Positions 10,732 through 21,818 of a stretch of DNA of 64,000 nucleotides are shown here, piece by piece. Origin of the DNA: Alphaproteobacteria bacterium (lineage in GTDB: Bacteria > Pseudomonadota > Alphaproteobacteria > MPNO01 > UBA830); contig OZ219791.1 in the NCBI GenBank assembly GCA_964291215.2, positions 2,528,001 through 2,592,000 on the forward strand, written 5' to 3'. How positions within the stretch are numbered: position 1 is the first letter of the stretch; every line of letters begins with the position of its first letter. The notes below the pieces were generated by a model. It had not been told where the DNA came from. It did no database searches and saw only the letters and a program-made list of their open reading frames with translations. Both the position numbers and the translations under genes were made by a program.

Positions 10732-12486
10732 CGTCCCTTGTTCCTCGCCTTATGATGATACGGTTCAAACCCAAGCATCCATTCAGGACGCAAGGGACGC
10801 CAAAGGAGGTTGCCACGCTCGGGAACGGCTCTATAAAGCCAAGGACGGAACGGCAACCTCCGCGGAGATCGTTTGATCCCCGCTCCCCGCTCCCCTGTAC
10901 GTTCTCACACAGGGGAGCGGAATCTCTTTGCAACCATAGCTCTCCCATAGTCGAGGTTATCCACATTTTCCCGCCCCCAACTGCTGTGGATGATTTCATC
11001 ATCAAGGGGACAAAACCTAGTCATATAAGGACGGTCTCGATATCCCGGTCGCTGGTGCGCAGGCGCCCGCGTTGTCTTGTCGTCTGTGGCTGAAGGCCGT
11101 TGCGTTGGCCTTCTCGACGGTGATCTCGTTGTGCCGGGCGACGGTGGATAAGCGCTGCTTGAGACCGCTCTCCAGCACCTTGTCGTGGCGCCGGCCCTTG
11201 GCCGAGAGGTGGAGCTTTGCTGCCTCGAAGCCCTGCGGCCAGGAATGGCGTCCTCGGCCCTCTTCTTGCTCTCGCTGACCACGCAGAGCCTCGCCATCCT
11301 CGCTGGCAAGGCGCCTGCACCTCGTGGTTGGTGCTGATCGATCAGCAGGGCCTCGGTGGCGATGCCGGCGTCCATGACTACCGTCGGCTTTGCCGCCGGG
11401 CCCGCCTCCAGCCTCGACAGCGCATCCGTGCCCGGCCATGTTGCCCCGCAAGACCTCGCAACTGCGCCGAAAGCCCGCGCCGCGCAAGCGTGGGGCAATC
11501 ATTGCGCTTCGAGCGCCCGAAGCGGGGGAGCTTGCCGTCGGCGCGGCCGTGAACATTGGTGAGGTCGCAAAAGGCGATGGTGTCGGGGATGCAGCGCGCG
11601 CTCGCGGTTGAACAGTTCCTTCCGGATGGCGGCCCGGTGGCGCAGGTCGCCGATGCGGTACAGCGTCTTGCGCGCCTTGCGCTCCAGATCCGGAAGCTCC
11701 GCGGTCGTGCTGTCATGGCGCAGCCAGCGCTCGCTGGCCGGATGAATCATCCTGGCGACGATCAGCGCACTCGCGGCCCGTGATGCCGAGATCGTGAAGC
11801 CGAGATCGCGTCTCGGGCACAGGCGCTCGCCCGAGCGCGGGTTCTCGTGCTTGAGGCTGTCGAGGTTGACGGTCGCAGTTTGCGTGCGTCTTCCTCAGGA
11901 GCGTCGGCGCGGAACCTCCGGGGCCCCTGTTGACGATGTCCTCGGCTGCGGCCTGCACGCGGCTTCGAACAGCGGCGGGCGGCCGTGGACGGGTTTGCCC
12001 CCACCTTTGCCCGTCTGCGGTGCTGTGGGTTTTGGTTGCCCTGATGAACATGTTGTCTGGAGCCTTTTGTGTTGACGGGGCTCCGGATATACTGGGTTTG
12101 GCGGCGGGGTCGAGTGAATCGGCAATATTCTGGCACCACAACGGCCATCTTGGACAGGAAGTCACAAATATAGTGGATATGTGCGCATAATACATCAATA
12201 TACAGTATATGAAGCGGGCTACCGCATAAATTTCCCCTTCAACTGACGCAAAAAGTGCCAACTTGGGTGCAGATTCATCGGGCTGATCGTTTGATTTGGG
12301 TAATCGTGGCCGCAAATCTGGAATCGTACTCTCGTCCGACAATAGCGGAATCCAAACGCATCGAGGTTCGTGTTATCTCGGATCGGGCTCCCTGATCGCA
12401 ATTTTCCGCACCAAGCGAGCCTCGACGGCGCTTGCAGCGTGGCAGCAGGTACAAGAAAAATACTACCGATCGTCGTGAAAGCTAAA

Positions 12487-13675
12487 GATGCCCGCCAAAA
12501 TAGATTGATTATTATGTCCGTGGCGCGAGGGTATAGTTCCACTCGCCGTGGAACGGGTCTCTGCGGACGGCGAGGCCATCCATCTGATCGTCGCTGACCT
12601 TGACCCCGAGCGGATAGCTGTTCTCGTCGAGGTGCGAGCATATGGGGAGGCCGGTGGTGGTCGCGGCGATCAGCTTGACGATCACCTGGTAGCTGACGAG
12701 GGGGCGCCAGTTCCGGGTGATATGGCAGAACATCCGGTGCTCGATCTTGTTCCACTTTCCGGGCGGGAAGTGGGCCACCGACACCTTCAACCCGAGTTCG
12801 TCGGCGAGGTGCTGCAGCTTCCACAGCCGGTTGCGGCTGCTGTTGGAGCCGTCGGCGGTGATCAGCAGGCGCCTGGCATCGGGATAAAGCAGCTGGCCCA
12901 TCTGCCGCCACCAGCAGCCTCGACCGCGAATGCCGCCGTGTCGTGCCCGACGCTGACCCGGCCGGCGTTGGCGGTGAGATCGTAGACCCCGCAGGGGATC
13001 CGAGCTCCGGATCGGGGAAGTCATGCACGTTGACGGCCTCAGGGTCGCCCTTGGGGCGCCATTCCCGGCCGCGGTACTGGCCAACGATTTCCTTCTTCTT
13101 GGTGTCACCACAGGCTGGCCTCTGGAACGTGCGCACCCGGCGCGTCGGAACTGCGCATCTCGGGCTGGCGGCCTTCCAGCGTCTTGCGATTGGCCTGAAG
13201 GCTGTACCCCAGGAGCAGCCGGTTCACCGTGCGCTCGCTGACGCGGTGGCCCTCGACCGCAAGACGGTCCGCCAGCCGTGCGGCACTGTGACACCGTAGC
13301 GGACTCTCCGGATCGCCGCGCGTCATCGGTTCAAGCTCGCGCTCCAGCGCCGCCACCAACTCCGGATCCGTCACCCGCTTGCGCCCGCCCCCGGGGCGAA
13401 GCAAACGTCCTCAAGGAACCTCACTCGAAAACTCCGAGACCGCATCAAGCTCCTTCAGCCCGGCGCGAACGGTGCCGCGCGACATCCCCGTCGCCTCGGC
13501 CACTCGCCTCCGCGCCCGATGGCACGGGCCTCCGTCGCCGCCCACAGGCGCCGCACACGTTCGTTCAGAACCGGACGCAACACCACAAACTTGGATCGCA
13601 GCGTATCGACCATCGCTTCCATGACATCATCGATGGCAGATCCACACCAAAAAACAATCTATTTTGGCGAGAATC
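12487..13675 (-). mobile_element. ISAzo13-family element (degenerate transposase)
   Basis: IRs GATGCCCGCCAAAATAGATTG / CAATCTATTTTGGCGAGAATC; motifs RPGGGRK, TRGDPESPL, GYSLQANRKTLEG, DTKKKE, VHDFPDPELG, HFPPG..KWNKIEHRMF. Confidence 0.85.
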
Positions 13676-13995
13676 CTTATCTTCGCAAGGCGCCGGGGCG
13701 GAAGGCTGCAAGGGGCCGATCGGCCGGTGGCCAGCGGGGATCCGTCGGCTGAGCGGTACGGTCGAGTCTCGCTGTCGTGGATGCTGCTTCACTGCTGACG
13801 AGATGGCTAGGCTGCTGCGGTAGCGTTTCGACTGTGTGGTCTGAGCCCGGTGAGGCGTGGATCGGCGGCGGCGGCGTGCGTAATGGTCTCCGGCTTCGTG
13901 GGGAATCGCAGGCCAGAGGAGACTTTCGGCTTTTTGTGCATTGAGTTGGGCGGGAAAGTAACGCCCGGCGACGAACGGCTCACCTGAAGGCCGGC

Positions 13996-14649
13996 TCAGG
14001 CCTGGCTGTCGGAGGGGAAATCCGGCTGTTTCATGGGGTGGGCGTCTGCGAACGCATCGAGCGCCATGCAGGTCTCGAAGATCCGCATAGCGGTCGGGTA
14101 AGGGTCGATCGGGCAGCCGAACATGCGGCTGCCGACAATCTGCGGCACCAGGCAGAGATCGGCGAGGCCCGGCCGATCGTCGTGGCAGAACGTTCCCGTC
14201 CCGGTGCCGGCTGCCAGATGCGCTTCCATCGCGGCGAGACCGGCGCCCATCCATTTGTGGATCCACGCGGCGAGTTGCTCATCCGACAGGTCTAGATCCT
14301 CGGTCAGGTACTTCCGGATCCGCGGCACGATCAGCGGATGCGAGTCCGAACTCGCAATCTGGGCGATCGCGCGCACGCGGGCGCGGCCCTTGGCGTCCGC
14401 GGGAAGCAGTGGTGGTTCGGGGCAGGTCTCGTCGAGATATTCAATGATCGCGAGAGACTGGAAAAAAGCGGTCCCGCCGTCGACCAGCGTGGGTACGACA
14501 GGTTGCGGATTGACTGCCAGATAGGAGCCGTCGAACTGGTCGCCCCTGAGCAGGTCCATCGTTTCGATGTCGCAGGGAATGCCCTTGAGATTGAGCGCGA
14601 TGCGCACGCGAAAGGACGCGAGCGAGCGCCAGTAGCTGAAGAGTTTCAT
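13996..14649 (-). CDS. maiA: Maleylacetoacetate isomerase (GST zeta class)
   Basis: MKLFSYWRSLASFRVRIALNLKG, FQSLAIIEYLDE, ADLCLVPQ, AHPMKQPD; ATG at 14649 with RBS. Confidence 0.88.
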   Translation of the reverse strand: MKLFSYWRSLASFRVRIALNLKGIPCDIETMDLLRGDQFDGSYLAVNPQPVVPTLVDGGTAFFQSLAIIEYLDETCPEPPLLPADAKGRARVRAIAQIASSDSHPLIVPRIRKYLTEDLDLSDEQLAAWIHKWMGAGLAAMEAHLAAGTGTGTFCHDDRPGLADLCLVPQIVGSRMFGCPIDPYPTAMRIFETCMALDAFADAHPMKQPDFPSDSQA

Positions 14650-14822
14650 CGTTTCCTTCCATAGCGTCCCGGTGTCGCGCCGTGCGCGACGCCGAAGCAA
14701 GCCGTCGCGCCAGCCTCTTTTCGCCCGGACGGATCGGCGATGCTGCTCAGGGCCGCCGGGTCGCGGTCGCGCTGATGATCCGGATCAGCGCGGGTGCGGG
14801 CCGGTTGAGGCACGGCCTGCCG

Positions 14823-15698
14823 TCATTCTTGGCAGAAGTCGAAGAGTGTAGAGCCGTTCATCCCCCTGATGCGTCCCGCCGATGCTCCGGGGAAATGGGC
14901 CGGCAGGATGATCGTGTCGGTATCGGCATAACGGTCGACGAAGGCTGTCCGGGTGCGGCGCGACTTCTCCGGATCGGTGCAGTAGACCGTGGAGAGCTGG
15001 GGCTCCGGCACCTGCAGCGGGTGGTGCATGAGGTCGCCGGAGAACACGACCCTGTCGCCGCCGCGGTCGAGGTTGAGGCAGTGATGGCCCGGGGTGTGTC
15101 CCGGCGTGGGCTCGATGGTGAAGCCGGTGTCGATCTCGAAATCCTTGTCGACGAACGTGACCTTGTCGGCCTCAACCACCGGCAGCACACTGTCGAGATA
15201 CATGTCGCGCATGTAGCTGATTTCCTCGTGCGCCGTCTCCCAGTGACGGTACTCCGTCTCGCCGAACAGGTAGGTCGCGTTGGGGAAGGTTGGTACCCAG
15301 CGGCCGTTCTCCAGCTTCGTATTCCAGCCGACGTGATCGATGTGCAGGTGGGTGCAGAACACGAAATCTATGTCTTCCGGCACTGCGCCGGCGGCCTTCA
15401 GATTGGCAAGCCAGGGCCATTTCTTGCGATGCCAGTTGGGAAAGTCGAGGCGCTCCTTGTCCTCGCCCACGCATGCGTCGATCAGGATGGTGTAGCGGCC
15501 GGTCCGGAGCAGATAGCTCTGGAAGGCGAATATCATCTTGCCGGTTTCCGGATCGATGCAGCCGGGTTCGAGCCAGTGGCGGTGCCGGTCGACGATTTCG
15601 GAGGTGGCGTCAGGGTAGACTTCGAGAGGGTCGCAATAGGGCCGTACCGCCTCGCGCACCGCCCAGATGCCGATATCCCCGCAACTCCTTGGTTTCAT
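14823..15698 (-). CDS. Metallo-beta-lactamase-fold hydrolase
   Basis: THLHIDHVG (HxHxDH), PGHTPGH, GDLMH, PAHF; start set to ATG 15698. Confidence 0.88.
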   Translation of the reverse strand: MKPRSCGDIGIWAVREAVRPYCDPLEVYPDATSEIVDRHRHWLEPGCIDPETGKMIFAFQSYLLRTGRYTILIDACVGEDKERLDFPNWHRKKWPWLANLKAAGAVPEDIDFVFCTHLHIDHVGWNTKLENGRWVPTFPNATYLFGETEYRHWETAHEEISYMRDMYLDSVLPVVEADKVTFVDKDFEIDTGFTIEPTPGHTPGHHCLNLDRGGDRVVFSGDLMHHPLQVPEPQLSTVYCTDPEKSRRTRTAFVDRYADTDTIILPAHFPGASAGRIRGMNGSTLFDFCQE

Positions 15699-15831
15699 CG
15701 CCTCGTCCTCTACGACGCTGAAGCTTATTGCGCGGCAACAGCGATCAGTCAAGGGCTTAGCATTGCAGGTCACGATGATACCGCGTTTGGCTTCGGGCGA
15801 CAGTTCGCGATGGCTTTTGCCTGAACCGCGG

Positions 15832-18006
15832 GTGCGCCAGGCTAACTGGCAGAATGCCGCCGGGTGAAAGTCCCGGCAGGAAGAGAGGCTAACCACCACT
15901 TCCTCCGTGAATCATGCGTCGGATGTCGCGAGGCGAGGCGTTGGGGAGCGGCAGGCGTGGGCCGGGCTATTGAGAGCCACGAGATTCAGGTCAAACCGGA
16001 GTGCCGAGGTCGTCCGCCAAGCCGAAGGCAACACCCTGCGAGCCGCGTTGGTGAGGCAAGCAGGGGCTCCGCGGGGTCCGAGAACCATGGCACGCGCCGA
16101 AGCAGGGACCTGGGAGGTCTTTCAATTGCCCCATTGTCGTAGAGGGGCCGCAGAGGAAAGGAACCATTCCGGTAACTGCTCACCCCCTGGTTCCGGCATG
16201 ATGTCGGGGTAGAGCAACGAACGGGGTTTCGTGGAGATTTGACACCCGATTCGTTTAGTGGTGGTCATCGAGAACGACGGGGACCGCCAGTGGGCTACTT
16301 TGGATCGAAGGCGACGAGCGGGCTGTGCCAGCTGCTTCCGGGGCTCCAGCCCCTGCATGATCTGTATGTGGAAACGCATCTCGGAGGCGGTGCGCTGATG
16401 AAGCGCAAGGCCGGGCGGCGGAGTACCGGAAGATGCCGCCGAGCGAGCGCCAGGCGATGCTCGCGGCGACCGTCGAGGCCGGGTGATGGCGACGGTCAAC
16501 GCGGCGCGCGAGGAGTTCGAAGCGGCCAAGGTCGCGGCGCTGCGTGCGGCCGGCAAGGTGCCGAAAGAGGCCGTGATCCGCGTCCTCCTGCTCGACATCC
16601 TCATCGTCGTCCTTTTGGAGAAGACCACGCGCAAAACGAGCCGGAACTCCGGTCTGCCGCCGTCACAGACGGACAAGGACGAGAGCGCGAAGCGTGCCGG
16701 GAGCAACGGCAAAGGCCCGAAGCCAAACCGGCAGATGGGCGACAACCTGCGCAAGACCATCGTCGAGGAGGCGGTCGATGCCTGCGACGCCTGCGGCGCC
16801 GACGGCGTCGACCCCGTCGATCGGGAGCGCCGCGTCCTCTACGACATCGTGTTCGAGGTCGTCGAGCGCCGCGCCGAGATCAAGGAATGCCCGAAGTGCA
16901 AGGCCCGGGGCCGGTTCCCCGACAACATCCCGTGCAGTACGGAATCCAGGCCCTCGTCATCAACCTGCTGGTCGCCCAGATGCTGTCCCTGCGTCGTGCC
17001 GTCGCGCTCGTGCATGCGATCTCCGGCATCAAGCTCTCCGAGGCCTCGGCTATGCTTTCACGATGCGCTCGCGTCGGAGGCCGCCGTGGCGCACCTCCTG
17101 CAACGCCCGATGTCGACGATTTCGGATCAACAGTAAGTGGCTCCATGTCGTCGGAACCCTGACGTGCAAGTTCCCGCACCGCAAGCGCGGCCGGGAGGCA
17201 AGAGATCGGCCCGTGCTACAAGGGCGTCTTGGACTGCTGGGCCTCGTACATGGGCCAGTGTAGCCACCAGTTGTGCGGCAGCCACCTGCTGCGCGAACTG
17301 ACCTTTGTCGTCGAGGCTACCGCGCGACTGATGAAGAGCCTGCTCCGCGAGGTCTGCCACAAGGTCAACAAGAGCGCATCCAAGACCCTGAACGACCGCC
17401 GTGCGCAAGCGCTACCGCACCATCAGGGCGCCAAGGAACTGCCCGACATCCCGCCGCCGCCGAAAGGAAAACGCATCGCAAACGCGCACAACCTGCGTCT
17501 CGTGAAACACGAAAACCTGCGCTTCACAGACGACCCTGATGTCAGCTTCACCAACAATGCCGGAGAACAGAAGATCAGGATGGCAAAGGTCAAGGTGTCC
17601 GGATGCTTCCGCTCCACGCAAAAGCATGGTGCCGGGGCTCAAGCTACCTCACCTCCATGGCCGCACTCGGCTACAACCCACTCGTCGCCACCCAGATCGC
17701 CCTCGACGGAAAAGCCGCAGACATCATCAACGAGCACTACGACCAATCAGAACCCAACTAGGGGTGAGTAGATACCCATTCCGTAACCCGATGATGAACG
17801 AGAAGTCGGATTCGGCCATGGTACCGTCGAAGGCGGCGAACAAGGATTCTTCGGAGCCTGCGGAGTTGCTGGAGGGAAGGGCAATGCGGTTGGCCAAAGC
17901 CCGCGCCGCGTGCAGAAGCGGGGGAGCGGGTCACAGGCGGCCGAACGCATACGACAAGCTGCGAAGAGGAATCCGGAAGAGCATCTTGTGACGTTGCTCC
18001 ACCACG
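15832..18006 (+). mobile_element. Group II intron 5' part (same family as 6390-7998), interrupted by IS66 and truncated at IS256
   Basis: Begins GTGCGCCAGGCTAACTGG; aligns with 6390-6872 across the IS66 insertion; ends in the RT N-terminus (RIRQAAKRNPEE..VTLLHH). Confidence 0.82.
16172..17775 (+). mobile_element. IS66-like element copy 2 (degenerate)
   Basis: Ends GTAACTGCTCACCCC / GGGGTGAGTAGATAC; 8-bp TSD CCATTCCG (16164-16171, 17776-17783). Confidence 0.9.
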
Positions 18007-21000
18007 CGGCGCCATCGTGCTATCCCATGGAGCTGAAAAACACTCATGGAGGAAGCGAATGGACCTGCGACACACTACGACGATCGGGACTGTTTTGGAA
18101 CATCTGATCGCAAACGGAGCAACGGATCTGGGGCGGGTCTTTGGCCAGCTCTTCGAGCTTGCGATGCGCGCGAGCAGTACTTGAAAGCGGGCCACCGGAC
18201 ACCGGAACGACAGGGCTATGCCAACGGCTACAAGCGGATCGACACTCCCGCTGTTACCGTTCAGGTGCCAAAGACGGCCGGTCACGGGGACGACCCGTCC
18301 CCAGTCGCTTGAACGCGGCCAGCGATCTTCTCGCGCCGTCATGCTGGCCGTAGCCGAGATGTACATCAAGGGTGTTTCCACACGGCAAGATGTAATGCGC
18401 GAGTTCGGGAGCCTGTCCTCTTCTCAGGTCAGCCGGGCCACCAGGTTGCTCGACGAAGAACTCACCACCTGGCGCAACCGGTCCCTGATGAAATACCTGA
18501 TCCTGGATGCGCGCTACGAAAAAGCCCGCCATGACGGCGTTGTGCGCGATGTTGCAGTGCTCTCGGCCATCGGAATAGGGGCTGCAGGCACGTTCTGGGG
18601 CTCTCTGTGGCGCTCTACGAGGCCGAGATCCGAGCCTTCCTGGAAAGCTTGCTAGCCCTGCCATGTCATGAAAATTAGGTCTGGACGTGCCACTCGGTCT
18701 GCGCTAGCTTGCCGCCATGATGGCACAATCCAGCATTCTTCACACTCTACGCGAGGACGGGGCCCGGGCGCGCGTTGCTGCCATCCTGTCGCGGGAGCAG
18801 CACTCCGGCCGTCGGGCTGCGAGCCGTATGCGAAGAGTTTTCGTTCCGGGACGCGGCCGGGCGTTGGCAGCTGTCGAGTTGTCTGAAGGCCCTGACCACG
18901 TTGGCATCGTCGTATCCGGAGATCCGGCTTCCGGCACCGCAGGCTGCTGCCAACTCTCCGCGTCTTCTTGACGGAGAAGTGCCGGTCGGGGTGCCGTCCC
19001 GTCTGTCAGGGATGGCGCAGGTGCGGTTGTCGGTGGTGACCGAGGTTTCGGAGCGAACGGTATGGAACACGGCGCGCGAGCATCCTCATGGCATGACGAC
19101 GTTTGCCGGCTGTCAGGTGCGCTATCTTGTGACGTCGGAGCACGGGATCCTGGGTGCGGTCGGGATCTCGGCGGCGGCGTTGACGGGCCCGCGACCGCTG
19201 GATGGCGCCGTCCCGGCGACGGGATCATCGGGTGGTCTGTCTGAGTCGGTTTCTGCTTCGGGTGCGGTGCCGGGAGCCATGTTCTGGGGCGACTTCTCCG
19301 GCGTCTGCCGAGGGATTTCGAGGCCCGGTATGGATTCCGTCCCCTGGTGGTGGAAACCTATGCGGACGAGGGCTATGCTGGGACCTGCCTGCGGGCTGCG
19401 AACTTCGTATGTGCGGGGCGGACGAAGGGTCGTCAGGATCGTCACCATCGCGCTGCCAAGACGGTCAATGGATGCGCGGTCTGGATCGGCGACGCAAGCT
19501 GGGGGTGGGTCCGGTCGCTCCTGCCGGGGCCCGGAGACGGTCTGGATGCTGCGGTGTGGGCGGTGAACGAATTCGGAGGGGCGGGTGACAAGCGACTGTC
19601 GGCACGCCTGGTGAAGAGTGCGGCTCTTCTGGCCTCCTGTCCCGGATTCACGCGAGCACGGATGCCGACAACACGGCGATCAGTGCTTTCTACCGCCTGA
19701 TCGAGAAGCCGGTGGAGAGTGCGGTGGCGAACATTCTTGCTCCGCATCGGGAGCGCACGATCCGGGGCCAAACGACCGTGCTGGCGATTCAGCGACCTCA
19801 ATTTCTCCCGGCGGCCGGGATGCGAAGGTCTTCAGGTCATCGGCAAGAACCAGACCTCCTCGTCGGCCCGGGGTCTGCATGCGACGCTGGCGGAGACGGG
19901 GTTGCCGCTCGGGGTTCTGCGTCTGGGGTTCGATGCGGTGAAGCAGCGCTCCCCGGCGGCCGAGGAGCGGTTGAAGAGCCGGCGCGGAAGGCTTCAAGGA
20001 CATCGACGAAGCGGTCCGCGACGTCGGGAACAAGACGCGCGTGATCTCGGTCTGTGATCGGGAAGCGGACTTCTTCGAGCTGTCATCAACGTCTCAACCC
20101 ACGGGTCGGGCTTCTGCATGACCGGGTTCTCGGCAAGGGGCGCGCTGTTTGCAACCTTGAGCGCAGGCCCGGCGGCATCACCGTCGAGGTCGACGGCGAG
20201 CGTCCGAAGGCGAGCCGAACGAAGGCGCCCGACGCAAACGCGTGGCTCAGTGCGCACTGCGGTTCCGCCGCCTTGCCCTCCACCCTCGAAGGCCGCTCGC
20301 CCTTTCCGGTGTCCACATCATCGAAACCGATCCTCCCGAGAACCCGGTGCAGTGGTTCCTGCTCACCACGCTCAAGGTGCGCAGCGCCGAGGACGCCGCC
20401 AAGATGGTTGGCTTCTACCTCCAGAGGTGGAAGGTCGAAGACTTCTTCCGCGTCCTCAAGTCAGGCTGTCGCACCGAGTTCCTGCTGTTCCGGACCGCAG
20501 AACGACTGCAGCGGGCCATCGCCATCAACGCCGTCATCGCGCATCATGGTCATGACCCTGCGGCAGGTTCCCGACTGTGAGCCCGAGCTGATGTTCACCG
20601 ATCAAGAGCTGAGCTTCCTGCGCGACTACGCCGCCGAGAAGCGCATGACGCCCGCCTCGGGGATGCCGTCCGCCTGGTGGCCCATCTCAGCGGGTACCAG
20701 GATCGCAACCCGAGCCCGGACACCAAGTCATGTGGCACGGCGCGACCCAGCGCCGTTCTTGGCCATCAAGTCGGCTTCCGGGCCGGACAGCGGCAACCCT
20801 TGCAACACATTCAGGCCCTTGACGTCACGTCGTAATTGTCATTACTCGGCAGTGCTAGCCCGTGGCCTGCATGGTACGACCTTCATCGTCTCGGATGACC
20901 ATGCTGGGCTGAAAGCAGCACGACGCGCGGTGCTGGGCGCGGCGATGTGGCAGCGCTGCCAGTTCCACCTGGCGCAAAACGCCGTGCACCGAACAACGAC

Positions 21001-21402
21001 ATCAGGAAACGTATTGGAAAACAGCTCGGAGCCATGCGTCCTCACTCCAAACCGCCGAGGCTGAACTGGGCGCCCTCGTGGCCAGCTATCGCGACAAGCA
21101 TCCAAGCTTCGCAGACTGGCTGGAAAAGAATGCGGGGCTCGCTGTCTTCACCTTGCCTGATGCTCACCGCAAGCGCATGCGAACCTCGAACGGTATCGAG
21201 CGGCCGATCCAGCAAGAGCTCAAGCGGCGCACCTCCAAAGTCAGGGTCTTTCCGAACCCCGCCTCGTTGGAGCGCCTCTCAACCGCGGTCCTCGTCGAGA
21301 TCGACGAAAAATGGGAAACCGAAACCAAGGCATACATCAAATGGGAACAGCTCGATGACTGAGAGCTTCACGACAATTTCCAGACATCAGGTTGCGTAAT
21401 CC
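18006..21402 (+). mobile_element. IS256-family element copy 1 (left end lost; contains an IS4-family insertion)
   Basis: GYANGYK, AVAEMYIKGVSTR, YLILDARYEK, VSDDHAGLKAA, WQRCQFHL, MRTSNGIER; right IR ...TTTCCAGACATCAGGTTGCGTAATCC. Confidence 0.85.
18658..20852 (+). mobile_element. IS4-family (IS50/Tn5-like) element with N-terminal DUF4338-like domain, degenerate
   Basis: IRs CTGCCATGTCATGAAAATTAGG / CGTAATTGTCATTACTCGGCAG; TSD TGCTAGCC(C); WAVNEFGG..GDKRL, WFLLTT, YLQRWKVEDFFRVLKSGC; N-terminal VRYLV..LGAVG, VVCLSRFL, VETY..GTCLRAANF. Confidence 0.8.
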
Positions 21403-21756
21403 TCCCGTCATCACCGCTCGTAAGCCTTTGAAGATTATTCATGATCGACGCCCAGGTGCCGTTCTTGCTCCACCGGTTGAAGCGGTTGAAGCAGGTCGTG
21501 TACGGACCGTAGCGCTCCGGCAGGTCGCGCCACGGCGTACCGGTGCGAAGCACGAAGAATATCCCGTTCATGACCCTCCGGTCATGCACCCGCTCCGGGC
21601 CCTGGTGCTTGTCAGGAAGCACCGAGCGGAGAACCTCCCATTCCGCGTCGCTCATGTCGTGTCGGTCGCCGCTCATCCTTCACTCTCCTTGTGAATCGCT
21701 TTCGACAAGAATAAGGCAGATCATGCAAAATGTCAACATTTGGGTACACAGCCTAG
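21403..21756 (-). pseudogene. IS5-family (IS427-like) OrfA and left end, truncated by IS256
   Basis: DMSDAEWEVL...DRRVMNGIFFVLRTGTPWRDLPERYGPYTTCFNRFNRW; end CTAGGCTGTGTACCCA at 21756. Confidence 0.82.
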
Positions 21757-21818
21757 TATAGTCGCCTTGCATTGAACTGACCATTATTCGAATATGGGCG
21801 CGGGGGGATGCATGAACG

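Larger units (their letters stand above)
6081..12267 (-). mobile_element. IS1634-family element, degenerate, split by nested insertions
   Basis: Ends CCCAAGTTGGCA(C)TTTTTGC at 6081 and (inverted) 12267, TGCA on both flanks; transposase N-part ~11021-12051 (MFIRATKT, CDLTN, RFGRSK, VVMDAGIATEA, LRTS..DIETVL) and C-part ~9340-9641 (DIEATFRSLKSE.GLRP, RIATHLLIAVLA). Confidence 0.7.

Noticed and set aside
13680-13975. Possible further IS relic between ISAzo13 and maiA
   Set aside because: No convincing IR pair, TSD or protein motif found.
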